DNA of 64,000 nucleotides from Polyangiales bacterium (GTDB lineage Bacteria > Myxococcota_A > Polyangia > Polyangiales > Polyangiaceae), in assembly GCA_038231275.1 (NCBI GenBank), contig JBBRLQ010000002.1, positions 352,001 to 416,000 of the forward strand, given 5' to 3'. Made by a program: the position numbers and the translations under genes. Positions 1 to 8,356 of the stretch are shown here, piece by piece. Each line of letters begins with the position of its first letter. The stretch's first letter is position 1. The notes below the pieces were generated by a model. That model was not told the DNA's origin and searched no databases. It worked only from the letters and a program-made list of their open reading frames with translations.

Positions 1-474
1 GAGCTCGGTGCAGAGCCGCGCGCTGCGTTCGCCGCAGAGCTTCGCGGCCTCGGCTCTGGTCACGCCGGTCTTCGGAGGGAGCGCGGGATCGTTGGGGTAC
101 GGGAGCGCGTCGATCGAGAACGCCGAGAGGGTTACCGGTACGTTGATCGGCTCGAGCGTCGGATCGCGCGCGTCGTCCCCGGGGGTGCTTCCACTCGGGA
201 ACGTATGCGCGGGGACGTCGATCGTCTCGCCGGCCTTCGCGGCGCTGCGGGCGCGGAGCTTCGCGGTCGACGTCGTGCGTGTCGCGAGCGCGGCGGCGGC
301 GCCCACCATGGATCCCGCGTCGCTCGGCGCGGAGACCATCGCGGAGCGAAGCGTGGCGCTGCTGGTCGCCGGCGCCGCGGACGAGCCGTCGGTCGAGCCG
401 CGACCGCAGGCCGACGCGACAAGGGCCATCGCGAAGAGACCGGCTACCGCGGACGAACGGGGAGCGCTGAACAC
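1..474 (-). CDS. Partial lipoprotein with formylglycine-generating-enzyme (FGE/SUMF1)-like domain; runs off left edge
   Basis: Manual minus-strand translation: signal ...LFAMALVASAC, then AFSIDALPYPNDP...VTRAEAAKLCGERSARLCTEL, typical of the FGE-sulfatase domain start; start codon uncertain (GTG 474 or ATG 429). Confidence 0.65.
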   Translation of the reverse strand, partial: MFSAPRSSAVAGLFAMALVASACGRGSTDGSSAAPATSSATLRSAMVSAPSDAGSMVGAAAALATRTTSTAKLRARSAAKAGETIDVPAHTFPSGSTPGDDARDPTLEPINVPVTLSAFSIDALPYPNDPALPPKTGVTRAEAAKLCGERSARLCTEL

Positions 475-530
475 ACCGAACCGCACACCGTGGTGCTACC
501 GAAGACGCGGCGATCCGGCCAAGAAAGGAG

Positions 531-875
531 CTACGCGCGCGCCTTGCCGACCGCCGTGACCAGCGCCGTCATCGCGAGGAGCGCGAAGCCCATGATCCCC
601 GGGCTCATCGACTCGGCGAAGCCCTCGATGAGGATCGCGTGCCAGTCGGTGGCGCCCTTCGTGATCATGGAGGCCGTCGCGAAGGCGGTCGCGCCGAGGT
701 CCGCGGCGGTCCCCATGAACGTCGCGAAGAGCGTCGCGGCGCCCATCCAGACGATGAAGCCCTGGCTCCGCGGGTTGGGACGAAACGCGAACCAACCGGC
801 GGCGGCGAGGGCCAAGAGCCCGAACGCCAGGATGAAGAACATCGGGAAGCCGCCGTTTCGAATCAGCGTCAGCAT
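531..875 (-). CDS. Small 3-TM membrane protein, MotA/TolQ/ExbB-like
   Basis: MLTLIRNGGFPMFFIL start (xxxGGxxM motif), three hydrophobic segments, C-terminal LIEGFAESMSPGIMG. Confidence 0.65.
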   Translation of the reverse strand: MLTLIRNGGFPMFFILAFGLLALAAAGWFAFRPNPRSQGFIVWMGAATLFATFMGTAADLGATAFATASMITKGATDWHAILIEGFAESMSPGIMGFALLAMTALVTAVGKARA

Positions 876-891
876 CGGGACCTCGCGGACA

Positions 892-918
892 AAACGCGCA
901 GGAAGGCGCGGTGTGACA
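892..918 (-). promoter_or_regulatory. Putative ECF sigma promoter TGTCACA-N15-CGTTT for the 531-875 gene
   Basis: Motif read directly; twin of the + strand motif at 947-973. Confidence 0.6.
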
Positions 919-946
919 GTCTTTTGTCGCACGGCGCGCGAATCCT

Positions 947-973
947 TGTCACATTCCCGGACGGGATGCGTTC
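947..973 (+). promoter_or_regulatory. Putative autoregulatory ECF promoter TGTCACA-N15-CGTTC
   Basis: Same -35/-10 pair and spacing as 892-918; ends just before the AAGGAG RBS of the sigma gene. Confidence 0.6.
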
Positions 974-983
974 GGAAGGAGTG

Positions 984-1574
984 GTGGACACGGAAGACCA
1001 CGAGCTCGTGCAGGGGCTGCGGCGCGGCGAGCCTGCCGCGTTCAATCGCACGTATGCGAAATACCGCGCGCGTGTGTACGGGTTCCTCCTTCGCCTGAGC
1101 GGGCGTCGTGACGTGGCGGACGACCTCCTCCAGGAGACATGGATGCGCCTCGCGCGGTCGGCCGGAGATCTTCGCGAGGACACGGCGCTCGTCTCGTGGC
1201 TGTTCACGGTGGCACGCAACCAGTTCTTGAGCTTTCGGCGCTGGAGCGTCCTCGACGTGACCCGCCTCCTCTCGTTTGGCGCGGAGGGGCACGACACGGT
1301 CCCCGGTCCCGAGGCGAGGAGCGAGGCGAGCGCGCGGCTGTCGATCCTCGAGCGCGCCTTGCTCGAGCTCTCCGCGGACGCGCGCGAGGCGCTTGTGCTC
1401 GTCGCCGTCGAAGGGGTCGAGCAGGAGGAGGCCGCGCAAATTCTCGGCATCTCGTACGCGGCGTTGCGACAACGCCTCTCGCGGGCGCGCGCCGAGCTCG
1501 ACGAGCGGATCACGATCCTGGACGCGCGCGCGACGCGGGCGCTGGCCGACGCACGACGAAGAGGCACGACATGA
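984..1574 (+). CDS. ECF RNA polymerase sigma factor (sigma-70 family)
   Basis: Region 2 (ADDLLQETWMRL...SWLFTVARN) and region 4 (REALVLVAVEG...EAAQILGISYAALRQRLSRAR); AAGGAG before GTG. Confidence 0.92.
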   Translation: MDTEDHELVQGLRRGEPAAFNRTYAKYRARVYGFLLRLSGRRDVADDLLQETWMRLARSAGDLREDTALVSWLFTVARNQFLSFRRWSVLDVTRLLSFGAEGHDTVPGPEARSEASARLSILERALLELSADAREALVLVAVEGVEQEEAAQILGISYAALRQRLSRARAELDERITILDARATRALADARRRGTT

Positions 1575-1858
1575 GCGACCACGACCACGAACGCGACCAC
1601 GACCGCGACCACGAACGCGACGCGGTCGACCGCGAGCTTCGCGCGTTGCCTTCGCATGATGCCGATGAACGAACGGCCGAGCGCGTTCGCCACGCGGCGG
1701 TAGACGTGTTTGTCGAGCGTCACGCGACGCGCGGTCGGCCGCTGCGCGCGATCGCCTCGAGGACGGCGCGTGCGGTGCCCGCGCTCGTCGTCGTCGGAAC
1801 GGTGGGAATTTACCTCACCTGGGCGATCTCGGCGGCCAACGCGTTGTTCGGGCCGTGA
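1571..1858 (+). CDS. Putative anti-sigma-like small membrane protein with His/Asp-rich N-terminus
   Basis: ATGA overlap with sigma stop; single C-terminal TM helix; DHDHERDHDRDHERD N-terminus. Confidence 0.65.
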   Translation: MSDHDHERDHDRDHERDAVDRELRALPSHDADERTAERVRHAAVDVFVERHATRGRPLRAIASRTARAVPALVVVGTVGIYLTWAISAANALFGP

Positions 1859-1880
1859 CCGAAGCGTCGGCGAGAGATGG

Positions 1881-2648
1881 TCAACCCGCGCGGGCGGCGA
1901 CGGACGAGAGCCCCATCCGCTCGGCGACACCGTCGCGGTAGGTGGTCCAGAGGCCGAGCGCGCGCTGCGCCGCCGCGACGACGAGCTCCTCGAGACCCGG
2001 CGTCGTGTGTTCGAGCACCATCTTCCACGCGTCGGCGCGGTGCGCCCCCTCGACGTCACCGTGCGCGCGCGTCAGCTGCATCGCCGAGTGCGGGCACCCG
2101 TAGTGCACCACCAGGGCGTGGTTCTTCACGGCCTCTTCCCCGTGGAGGCGCCGGAACGTGCCCGCGAGCTCGGCCCGCTCGTTCACGCTCCCTTCGACGA
2201 AGACCGTCAGCACGCAGGCGGCGACCTGCCAGGGTGACGCGCCGCTCGCGTCACGGAGCCACTCGCGGTACGTGCGCGCGCTCGGATGTAGGGACTCGGG
2301 ATCGTCCTCGAAGTCGTCACGCGAAAACCCGAGCCCCTCCATCATGCGGAGGAAGAGCTCGGGGTGCGGCGCGCTCTTGCTGAGGCCACCGGTCTGCTCC
2401 TCGTACAGGTTCTCGGCCAGCGCACGCCGGACGTCGGCGAGTGGCGGTGTCTGACCGAGCGTCCGCGCGAGGAGGACCGGGAAGTCTCTCACGTACACCA
2501 TGTACTCGTGCCGGAAGTGCACGAGGAGCTGCGCGCGTGAGAGACCGGGGCGGGTCAGCGACGGGTAGGCCCAGTGGTGCTTCTGGTCCATGACGGTGAG
2601 GAGGCGCTCTTCGAGCGGACGACCGGACGCTACGACCTTGGTGCTCAC
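1881..2648 (-). CDS. PqqC/TenA/CADD-like heme-oxygenase-fold (diiron) oxidase
   Basis: ENLYEEQTG...HPELF and later E...DVEGAH motifs. Confidence 0.75.
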   Translation of the reverse strand: MSTKVVASGRPLEERLLTVMDQKHHWAYPSLTRPGLSRAQLLVHFRHEYMVYVRDFPVLLARTLGQTPPLADVRRALAENLYEEQTGGLSKSAPHPELFLRMMEGLGFSRDDFEDDPESLHPSARTYREWLRDASGASPWQVAACVLTVFVEGSVNERAELAGTFRRLHGEEAVKNHALVVHYGCPHSAMQLTRAHGDVEGAHRADAWKMVLEHTTPGLEELVVAAAQRALGLWTTYRDGVAERMGLSSVAARAG

Positions 2649-2660
2649 CTTACGATCGTG

Positions 2661-2846
2661 TCACTCCTTCTCGAACGCGGCACCTTTTTGGTCGCTCTTG
2701 CGCGCCGCCTGTACGCAGACGTCGGCCACGTGGCGCTCGAACGCCGCCCTGCGGTCGTGGTGACGGTGGCACGCGCCGTGGAATTCCGAGGCGAAGCCGC
2801 CGATCGCCCCCGCCGCGAGGATCGCCATCAGGATGCGCCGCTTCAC
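2661..2846 (-). CDS. Small hypothetical exported protein
   Basis: GTGA overlap with upstream stop; N-terminal hydrophobic segment KRRILMAILAAGAIGGFAS. Confidence 0.6.
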   Translation of the reverse strand: MKRRILMAILAAGAIGGFASEFHGACHRHHDRRAAFERHVADVCVQAARKSDQKGAAFEKE

Positions 2847-3451
2847 AGGCTCACCCCCTGACGGTACGGGCCACCACCGCCCCACGAGCGGAAGCCAGGT
2901 CCCTTCTCGACGAGCTCGGCGAGGGTCTGCTTCTGCTTCTCGTCGAGCACGGTGTGGATCTTCGCAAACGCATCGACGGTGGCGCGTCGCATCACCTGCG
3001 CGGCCTCGTCGATTTTGTGGGAGATCTCACCGAAGAGCGTCTCGTCGAACTGCTCCTGACGGATCGCGTTGGCGACCTCCGGGCGCGCGGCCTTCATGTC
3101 GCCGCGCACACGCTCCGCCGCCGCCCGCAGATCGTCGAGCGCGCCTTTGATCACCTTCTCCTGCCCGGGCGTGGTGTCGAGCCGCGAGAGGAGACGGCGT
3201 AGGAAGAACCAGCGGCCGAACGGTCCGCCACCTCCGCGTCCGCTCCACGGGCCCTCGCCGCCGCCCCAGCCGTGGTCGTGGCCATGCTCGTCGAAGCCAC
3301 TGCTTCCGCCGTAGCCGCCGTGCATGCCGTGGGAGCCACCGCAACCGCCACCTCCACCGTTGCCGCCGTAGCCCCAGCGCCGGCGACGCCCGAGGCGCGC
3401 CAACTTGATGAACCCGATCAAACACACCGTTCCAACGAGAAACCCGATCAT
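2843..3451 (-). CDS. Spy/CpxP-like (periplasmic heavy-metal sensor type) helical protein with Gly/His-rich linker
   Basis: N-terminal TM, G/H-rich stretch, LDTTPGQ and IHTVLDEKQK (LTxxQ-like) motifs; GGAGG RBS. Confidence 0.7.
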   Translation of the reverse strand: MIGFLVGTVCLIGFIKLARLGRRRRWGYGGNGGGGGCGGSHGMHGGYGGSSGFDEHGHDHGWGGGEGPWSGRGGGGPFGRWFFLRRLLSRLDTTPGQEKVIKGALDDLRAAAERVRGDMKAARPEVANAIRQEQFDETLFGEISHKIDEAAQVMRRATVDAFAKIHTVLDEKQKQTLAELVEKGPGFRSWGGGGPYRQGVSL

Positions 3452-3582
3452 ACTTGCCTCCAGCGAGTGGAACCGCTCCACGCGTAGACTGAATCGACCG
3501 GAACGATCGTTCGTCCTACGCCAGGGAACGTGCGCCGCGAGCCTTAAGCGCAGGTGTGCCGTCGTGTTAAGATTTGTGAATC

Positions 3583-4305
3583 ATGTGCGGCCGCGCGACG
3601 CTCTCCACAGGACCCGAGGACTTGGCGGAGACGTTCGATCTCGCCGAGGTGCCCGTGCTCTCGGCGCACTACAACATCGCGCCGTCGCAAGGGATGGCGG
3701 TGGTCCGACGCGTCTCTGCCGGCGAAGGCGCCGGCGCCGCGAGGAGGCTCGATCTGCTGAGGTGGGGGCTGGTGCCGTGGTGGGCCGAGGATCCGAGCAT
3801 CGGAAACCGCTTCATCAACGCGCGGAGCGAGACCCTGCTCGGCTCGCGCGCCTTCGGTGAGTCCGCGCGCCAGCGCCGCTGCCTCGTCGTGATCGACGGC
3901 TTCTACGAGTGGCAGCGCCAAGGGAAGAAGAAGCAGCCGTTCTTCATCCACCGCGCCGACGGCAAACCGTTCGCGCTGGCGGGGCTCTGGGAGAGGTGGC
4001 GCGCGAAAGGGGCGCCCAAAGACACGCCGCGCCTGGAGACGTGCACGGTGATCACGACGACGCCGACGACGTTGCTCGCCCGCGTGCACGATCGCATGCC
4101 GCTCGTGCTGGCGCCGTCCGAATGGGACGCGTGGCTCGATCCGAGCCGCGCCACCGACGAGGCGATCGCGCCGCTGCTCGTGCATCAGCAGGTCGAGGGC
4201 ATCGAGCTCGAGCTCTATCCGGTGAGCGAGCGCGTGGGCTCGCCGGCGAACGACGATGCGCACCTGATCGAGCGCATCCCCGAGCCTACTCTGTTCCCGC
4301 TGTGA
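3583..4305 (+). CDS. SOS response-associated peptidase (SRAP/YedK/HMCES family)
   Basis: N-terminal MCGR, YNIAPSQ, INARSET, GFYEW, VHDRMP. Confidence 0.96.
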   Translation: MCGRATLSTGPEDLAETFDLAEVPVLSAHYNIAPSQGMAVVRRVSAGEGAGAARRLDLLRWGLVPWWAEDPSIGNRFINARSETLLGSRAFGESARQRRCLVVIDGFYEWQRQGKKKQPFFIHRADGKPFALAGLWERWRAKGAPKDTPRLETCTVITTTPTTLLARVHDRMPLVLAPSEWDAWLDPSRATDEAIAPLLVHQQVEGIELELYPVSERVGSPANDDAHLIERIPEPTLFPL

Positions 4306-4675
4306 GGGACGCGATCGACGCGATGTTGTCCTCCCAGTTCTTCCCGTCGAAGGGAGCGATCTCGAAGAGCTCGCGCGCGTCGCCGTCGAGGCAGCGCACG
4401 TTCACATCGACGCCTTCGGGGTGCGAGCGCGGTGTGTAGAACGGGTGGATGCCGCAGACCGCGCAGAACGTGTGGCGCGCCACGCCGGTGTTGAACCGGT
4501 AGATCATGAGGCTCTCCTCACCTTTGAGGATCGCGAAGCGGTCTTTTGAAACGATGAGGTGGAGGAACCCCTTCTTTCTGCAGATGGAGCAGTTGCAGTC
4601 GAGCGCGCGGTGCTCCTCGACCTCGACGCGAAATCGCACCGCTCCGCAGTGGCAGCCTCCTTCGTAGGCCTTCAT
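4286..4675 (-). CDS. GFA (glutathione-dependent formaldehyde-activating / CENP-V) family protein
   Basis: GGCHCGAVRF, CNCSIC, FCAVCGIHPF. Confidence 0.93.
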   Translation of the reverse strand: MKAYEGGCHCGAVRFRVEVEEHRALDCNCSICRKKGFLHLIVSKDRFAILKGEESLMIYRFNTGVARHTFCAVCGIHPFYTPRSHPEGVDVNVRCLDGDARELFEIAPFDGKNWEDNIASIASLTAGTE

Positions 4676-4834
4676 CGGGTCGAGGATAGGCGAGCACTGG
4701 CCACGCTGCGAACGTGACCGCCCGTTCTCGCTCGCGCTCCGCCGCGAGCGATTTCAGGACGTTGTGGGAGGTACGGGGCTTGAAGAGGGAGAGGTCGGCG
4801 ACCGACTTCGGGCGCCCGCTTTTTCGGAGGTCTC

Positions 4835-5608
4835 ATGGTTCGCGGGAAGGGTCTTGGGGTCGTGGCGGCCACGTGTCTCGTCGCGATCGCCGTCGGGTGC
4901 GGCGGCGGCGGGTCCACGACGTCCGACACCTTCGGGCCCGATCCGGACTTCGGCACGCTCGACGCGCGGCTGTCGACGCCGACGGGCACGATGTCCGCCC
5001 CGACGGTGGGGCTCGCGGCGGCGCTCCTCGACGCAATCCGTTCCCCGCAGGTGGGGATCGACGCGCTGACCCGCGTGACGCCGAGCAACACGTCGTGCGA
5101 CGCGCTCGGCCACCGCGACGCCGCCGGCACGTGCGCGTGCCCGGCCGGCGGGAGCTTCGCGTATGACTTCTCCGCGCTCGCCGATCACTCGTCAGGATCG
5201 GCTCCGAAGGTGGTGAGGATGCGCCTGTCCCGATGCCACACCGCCGATCTCGTCCTCGACGGAGAAGAGTTCGCGGAGCTGACGGACGGTGCGGCGTCGA
5301 TCGTCACGGCGCAGCTCGCCGTATCGCGCGTGGCGGCGACCGCTCCATCCTCCGAGGTCCCGCCTTCCTCCGACGTCGTGGTGTGGAGCACCGGCGCCGG
5401 TCTTTGGGCGCGCGTCGCGGTGAGCGATGGCGCGATCGTCGTGGGCTCCGCGGACTCCGCGTCCCCGTCTCCGTCGGCGTCCGCGCCCACGTCCCCCCTG
5501 GGAACTGTCACGGTGAAGGATCGCTCGACGACCTGGACCTGCTCGGTCACGGGACCCGAGCCCCTCTGCGCGGGAGTGCGCAACGAGGGGCTGGCACACA
5601 AGGCTTGA
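4835..5608 (+). CDS. Hypothetical lipoprotein
   Basis: Lipobox-like AIAVGC, several Cys, GC3-type codon use. Confidence 0.7.
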   Translation: MVRGKGLGVVAATCLVAIAVGCGGGGSTTSDTFGPDPDFGTLDARLSTPTGTMSAPTVGLAAALLDAIRSPQVGIDALTRVTPSNTSCDALGHRDAAGTCACPAGGSFAYDFSALADHSSGSAPKVVRMRLSRCHTADLVLDGEEFAELTDGAASIVTAQLAVSRVAATAPSSEVPPSSDVVVWSTGAGLWARVAVSDGAIVVGSADSASPSPSASAPTSPLGTVTVKDRSTTWTCSVTGPEPLCAGVRNEGLAHKA

Positions 5609-5694
5609 ACCGTCCGGGGTACCCGCAGGGACGCGGTTTCCACCCGTCACCCACGGGCCTTCCGGGTGCCTCAGACGGTTCAATTTTTCTTTTG
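5605..5694 (+). terminator. Long inverted repeat (21-nt arms) followed by T-rich tract; terminator-like
   Basis: TTGAACCGTCCGGGGTACCCG (5605-5625) pairs with CGGGTGCCTCAGACGGTTCAA (5663-5683); 2 of 3 mismatches are G-U on +; followed by TTTTTCTTTT. Confidence 0.55.
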
Positions 5695-5843
5695 AGTATA
5701 TTTTGATCCCCAAGTGAACCCGGCGTCCTGATTGTTTTCGTTTCAGTATATTACACTTAATATATTATACTAAGTATCGTATACTCAAACGAAGTGTGCG
5801 CCACGAGGCGGGATGCGAGGCGGCGCTATACTCGTTGCGTCTG

Positions 5844-6161
5844 ATGCGCTCCTCCGCCCGTAGCGCGCTTGCGCTGATCCTCGTCGCCGTCGTCGTCACC
5901 GCCGTCGCCGCACCACGCGCCGACGCGCGCCCTCGCCCACCCGAGCTCACGGGATGCAAGGGAGACTGCAAGCAGACCGAGCGCAAGTGCGGCGGCGCCT
6001 GCATGAAGGTCCACAGCGGATGCGCGGGGCAATGCGGATGTCCGACGGGCCACCACTGCGCCGACGCATCCAAGAACTGCTTCGGATTGTGCAACGCCCG
6101 CATGCAAGGCTGCGTCAACGGCTGCCGCGCGACCTACTCCAAGTGCGCGGCCAAGTGCTGA
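5844..6161 (+). CDS. Small secreted cysteine-rich protein (14 Cys, CX3C-X6 periodicity)
   Basis: Signal peptide ending ADA; regular CxxxC motifs. Confidence 0.75.
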   Translation: MRSSARSALALILVAVVVTAVAAPRADARPRPPELTGCKGDCKQTERKCGGACMKVHSGCAGQCGCPTGHHCADASKNCFGLCNARMQGCVNGCRATYSKCAAKC

Positions 6162-7086
6162 GCGAGGTCTGCATCGACTCGTAGGCCGCGGCCGCCGACG
6201 GCATCGCGCGCACCGACGACGGCGACACCCCGAAGCGGCGCCGGAACGCGCGCGTGAAGTGGCTGTGCGTCGCGAACCCGAGGTCGACGGCGAGCGCGGC
6301 GAGGCTCGGCTCCCCGTCCAGGATTCGTTCGAGCGCGCGGTGGAGCCGCAGCTCCGTCACGTAACCGTGCAACGTTCGCCCGGTCGCGCCGCGAAAGACC
6401 CGGCACAGGTGGAACGGCGACGCGCCGAGCGCGCGAGACAGGGCATCGAGCGAGAGGCGTTCGGTGAAGCGCGCCGCGAGCAAGCCCTCCGCGGCGGTGG
6501 CGAGGTCTCGACGAGCGCGGCACCCTGCGGTCATCCGGGCTGGCGGCGCTCTCCCCGCGAGCGCGAGCCCGCCGGACGCATCGTCGACGACCGTTGCGAG
6601 GACGGAGAACATGCGCTCCTCGACCGATTCGTCGTCGTCGCCGGCGAGGACGCTTCGCAGCAGCAGGCGCTGGCGTAGGACCGTTCGGGGCGTCACCGGG
6701 GCGGTCGTTCGAGAGAACGGGCGATCGTCGCGCGCGGCGACACCATCGCCGAGGAGGTCGTGGGCGCCCGCGAGCTCGGACGGCGAAAACGCAGCCGACA
6801 AATCCGCCGCGTCGAACGCGAGCCACGTGCACAGATCCCCCTCCGCAGCGATCGCCTCACGACGGTACTCGGCGCCGCGGTTGTAGAACATGACGCGCGC
6901 AGGAGTGGCCACGATCGGCGCACTCCCCGCGTGCGTGATGCGCACCGCTGTCACGGGGAAGACCACGAGATGCGCGCGCGCCGGTCCGCTGTCCGCGAAG
7001 TGCGGCTCGTCGGGGCGCGCGCGGAAGACTCCCATGCGCGCGCGCTCGCCCTGAAACACCACTCCGCGAGGCAACGAGGATCGCAC
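6115..7086 (-). CDS. AraC family transcriptional regulator
   Basis: C-terminal HTH: LGASPFHLCRVF...LGFATHSHFTRAFRRRFGVSPS. Confidence 0.92.
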   Translation of the reverse strand: MRSSLPRGVVFQGERARMGVFRARPDEPHFADSGPARAHLVVFPVTAVRITHAGSAPIVATPARVMFYNRGAEYRREAIAAEGDLCTWLAFDAADLSAAFSPSELAGAHDLLGDGVAARDDRPFSRTTAPVTPRTVLRQRLLLRSVLAGDDDESVEERMFSVLATVVDDASGGLALAGRAPPARMTAGCRARRDLATAAEGLLAARFTERLSLDALSRALGASPFHLCRVFRGATGRTLHGYVTELRLHRALERILDGEPSLAALAVDLGFATHSHFTRAFRRRFGVSPSSVRAMPSAAAAYESMQTSLSTWPRTWSRSRGSR

Positions 7087-7094
7087 CGAAGAGA

Positions 7095-8345
7095 TCAGGT
7101 CGCGATCAACTCTTTGATCGGTCCCCCCTCGTCGGTGATGGCGATGGGGCGCCCCGCGGGTGTCGTCCGCGACTCCCGCGGATCAATCCCGGCGAGCGAC
7201 GCGACGGTCGCGAATAGATCAGGGACAGTCACCGGGCTCCTCACGACCTTCTCGCCGCGCGCGTCGGTCGCGCCGTGGACGTAGCCCTTCCGCGCGCCGC
7301 CGCCCGCGAGGACGGCGCTCCACGCTTGCGGATAGTGGTCGCGTCCGTCGTTGCCGTTGATGCGCGGCGTCCGACCGAAGTCCCCCATCCAGAGGACCAG
7401 CGTGGAGTCGAGCAGCTTCCTCGCCTCGAGATCGCGGAGGAGCGCGCTCATCGCCGGATCGAGCGTCCCCATCAGCTGACGCGTCTTGGTGAAGCCGTCC
7501 TTGTGCGTGTCCCACCCGTCGAGCGTCACTTCCACATAGCGCACGCCGGCCTCCACGAGGCGCCGCGCGACGAGGCACCCGCGGCCGAAATCGGTCGCGC
7601 CGTAGTCTTTTTTCACAGCGTCGGGCTCGCCGTCGATGTCGAACGCGGCGAGGCGTGGGGCCTGCATCATCGTCATCGCCTTGCCGTACAGCGCGCGGCG
7701 GCCGTCCACCTTGCCGTCCCCACTCTCGGTCTGGAAGCGCTGCTCCATCTGATCGAGCAGCTTCTGCCGCGACGCGAACCGCGACGGATCGGCGAGCGCA
7801 GTGACGTTCTGCGGGAGCTCGCCGGCTTTCTGGACCACGAACGGGCCGTGCTGCACGCCGAAGAACCCGGCGCCGGCGCTCGGACCGCCGACGCTGACGA
7901 ACGCAGGGAGGCCGTTTTTGGCGTCGGGACCGAGCACGCTCGACCAGCTCCCGAATGCCGGATGCTGCACCGTCGGGTTCGGCGCGTAGCCAGTGTGCAT
8001 CAAGTAGCGCGCGCGCTGGTGGTTGCCCTCTTTGCTCGTCCCGCTGCGAACCACGGAGAGCTTCGACGCCTCCCGCGCGAGGAGCGGCATGTGCTCGCAG
8101 ATCGACAAATCGGCGACACTGGTAGCGATCGCCTTGTGCGGCCCGCCGGTGCGCTCGCCGGGCTTCGGGTCCCATGTGTCGAGCTGGCTCGGGCCTCCGT
8201 TCATCCACAGAACGATCACGGCGCGGGCCTTGGCGGTTCCGGCGGCGAGGGCGTTGCGCGGGCCGAGCAAGCGCGACGCCAGGAGAGCGGCGAGGCCGGA
8301 TGCAGTGGTCGTGAGGAGCGGTCGTCGTCCGATGGGCATCGTCAT
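7095..8345 (-). CDS. DUF1501 domain protein with Tat-like signal
   Basis: VIVLWMNGGPSQLDTWDPKP, GWDTH, GDFGRTP, GRDHYP; N-terminal GRRPLL; AAGGA RBS. Confidence 0.9.
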   Translation of the reverse strand: MTMPIGRRPLLTTTASGLAALLASRLLGPRNALAAGTAKARAVIVLWMNGGPSQLDTWDPKPGERTGGPHKAIATSVADLSICEHMPLLAREASKLSVVRSGTSKEGNHQRARYLMHTGYAPNPTVQHPAFGSWSSVLGPDAKNGLPAFVSVGGPSAGAGFFGVQHGPFVVQKAGELPQNVTALADPSRFASRQKLLDQMEQRFQTESGDGKVDGRRALYGKAMTMMQAPRLAAFDIDGEPDAVKKDYGATDFGRGCLVARRLVEAGVRYVEVTLDGWDTHKDGFTKTRQLMGTLDPAMSALLRDLEARKLLDSTLVLWMGDFGRTPRINGNDGRDHYPQAWSAVLAGGGARKGYVHGATDARGEKVVRSPVTVPDLFATVASLAGIDPRESRTTPAGRPIAITDEGGPIKELIAT

Positions 8346-8356
8346 GGCGGCTTCCT

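Noticed and set aside
5748-5775. dif site
   Set aside because: TTATACTAAGT resembles a XerD arm, but no XerC-like arm sits at the 6-nt spacing
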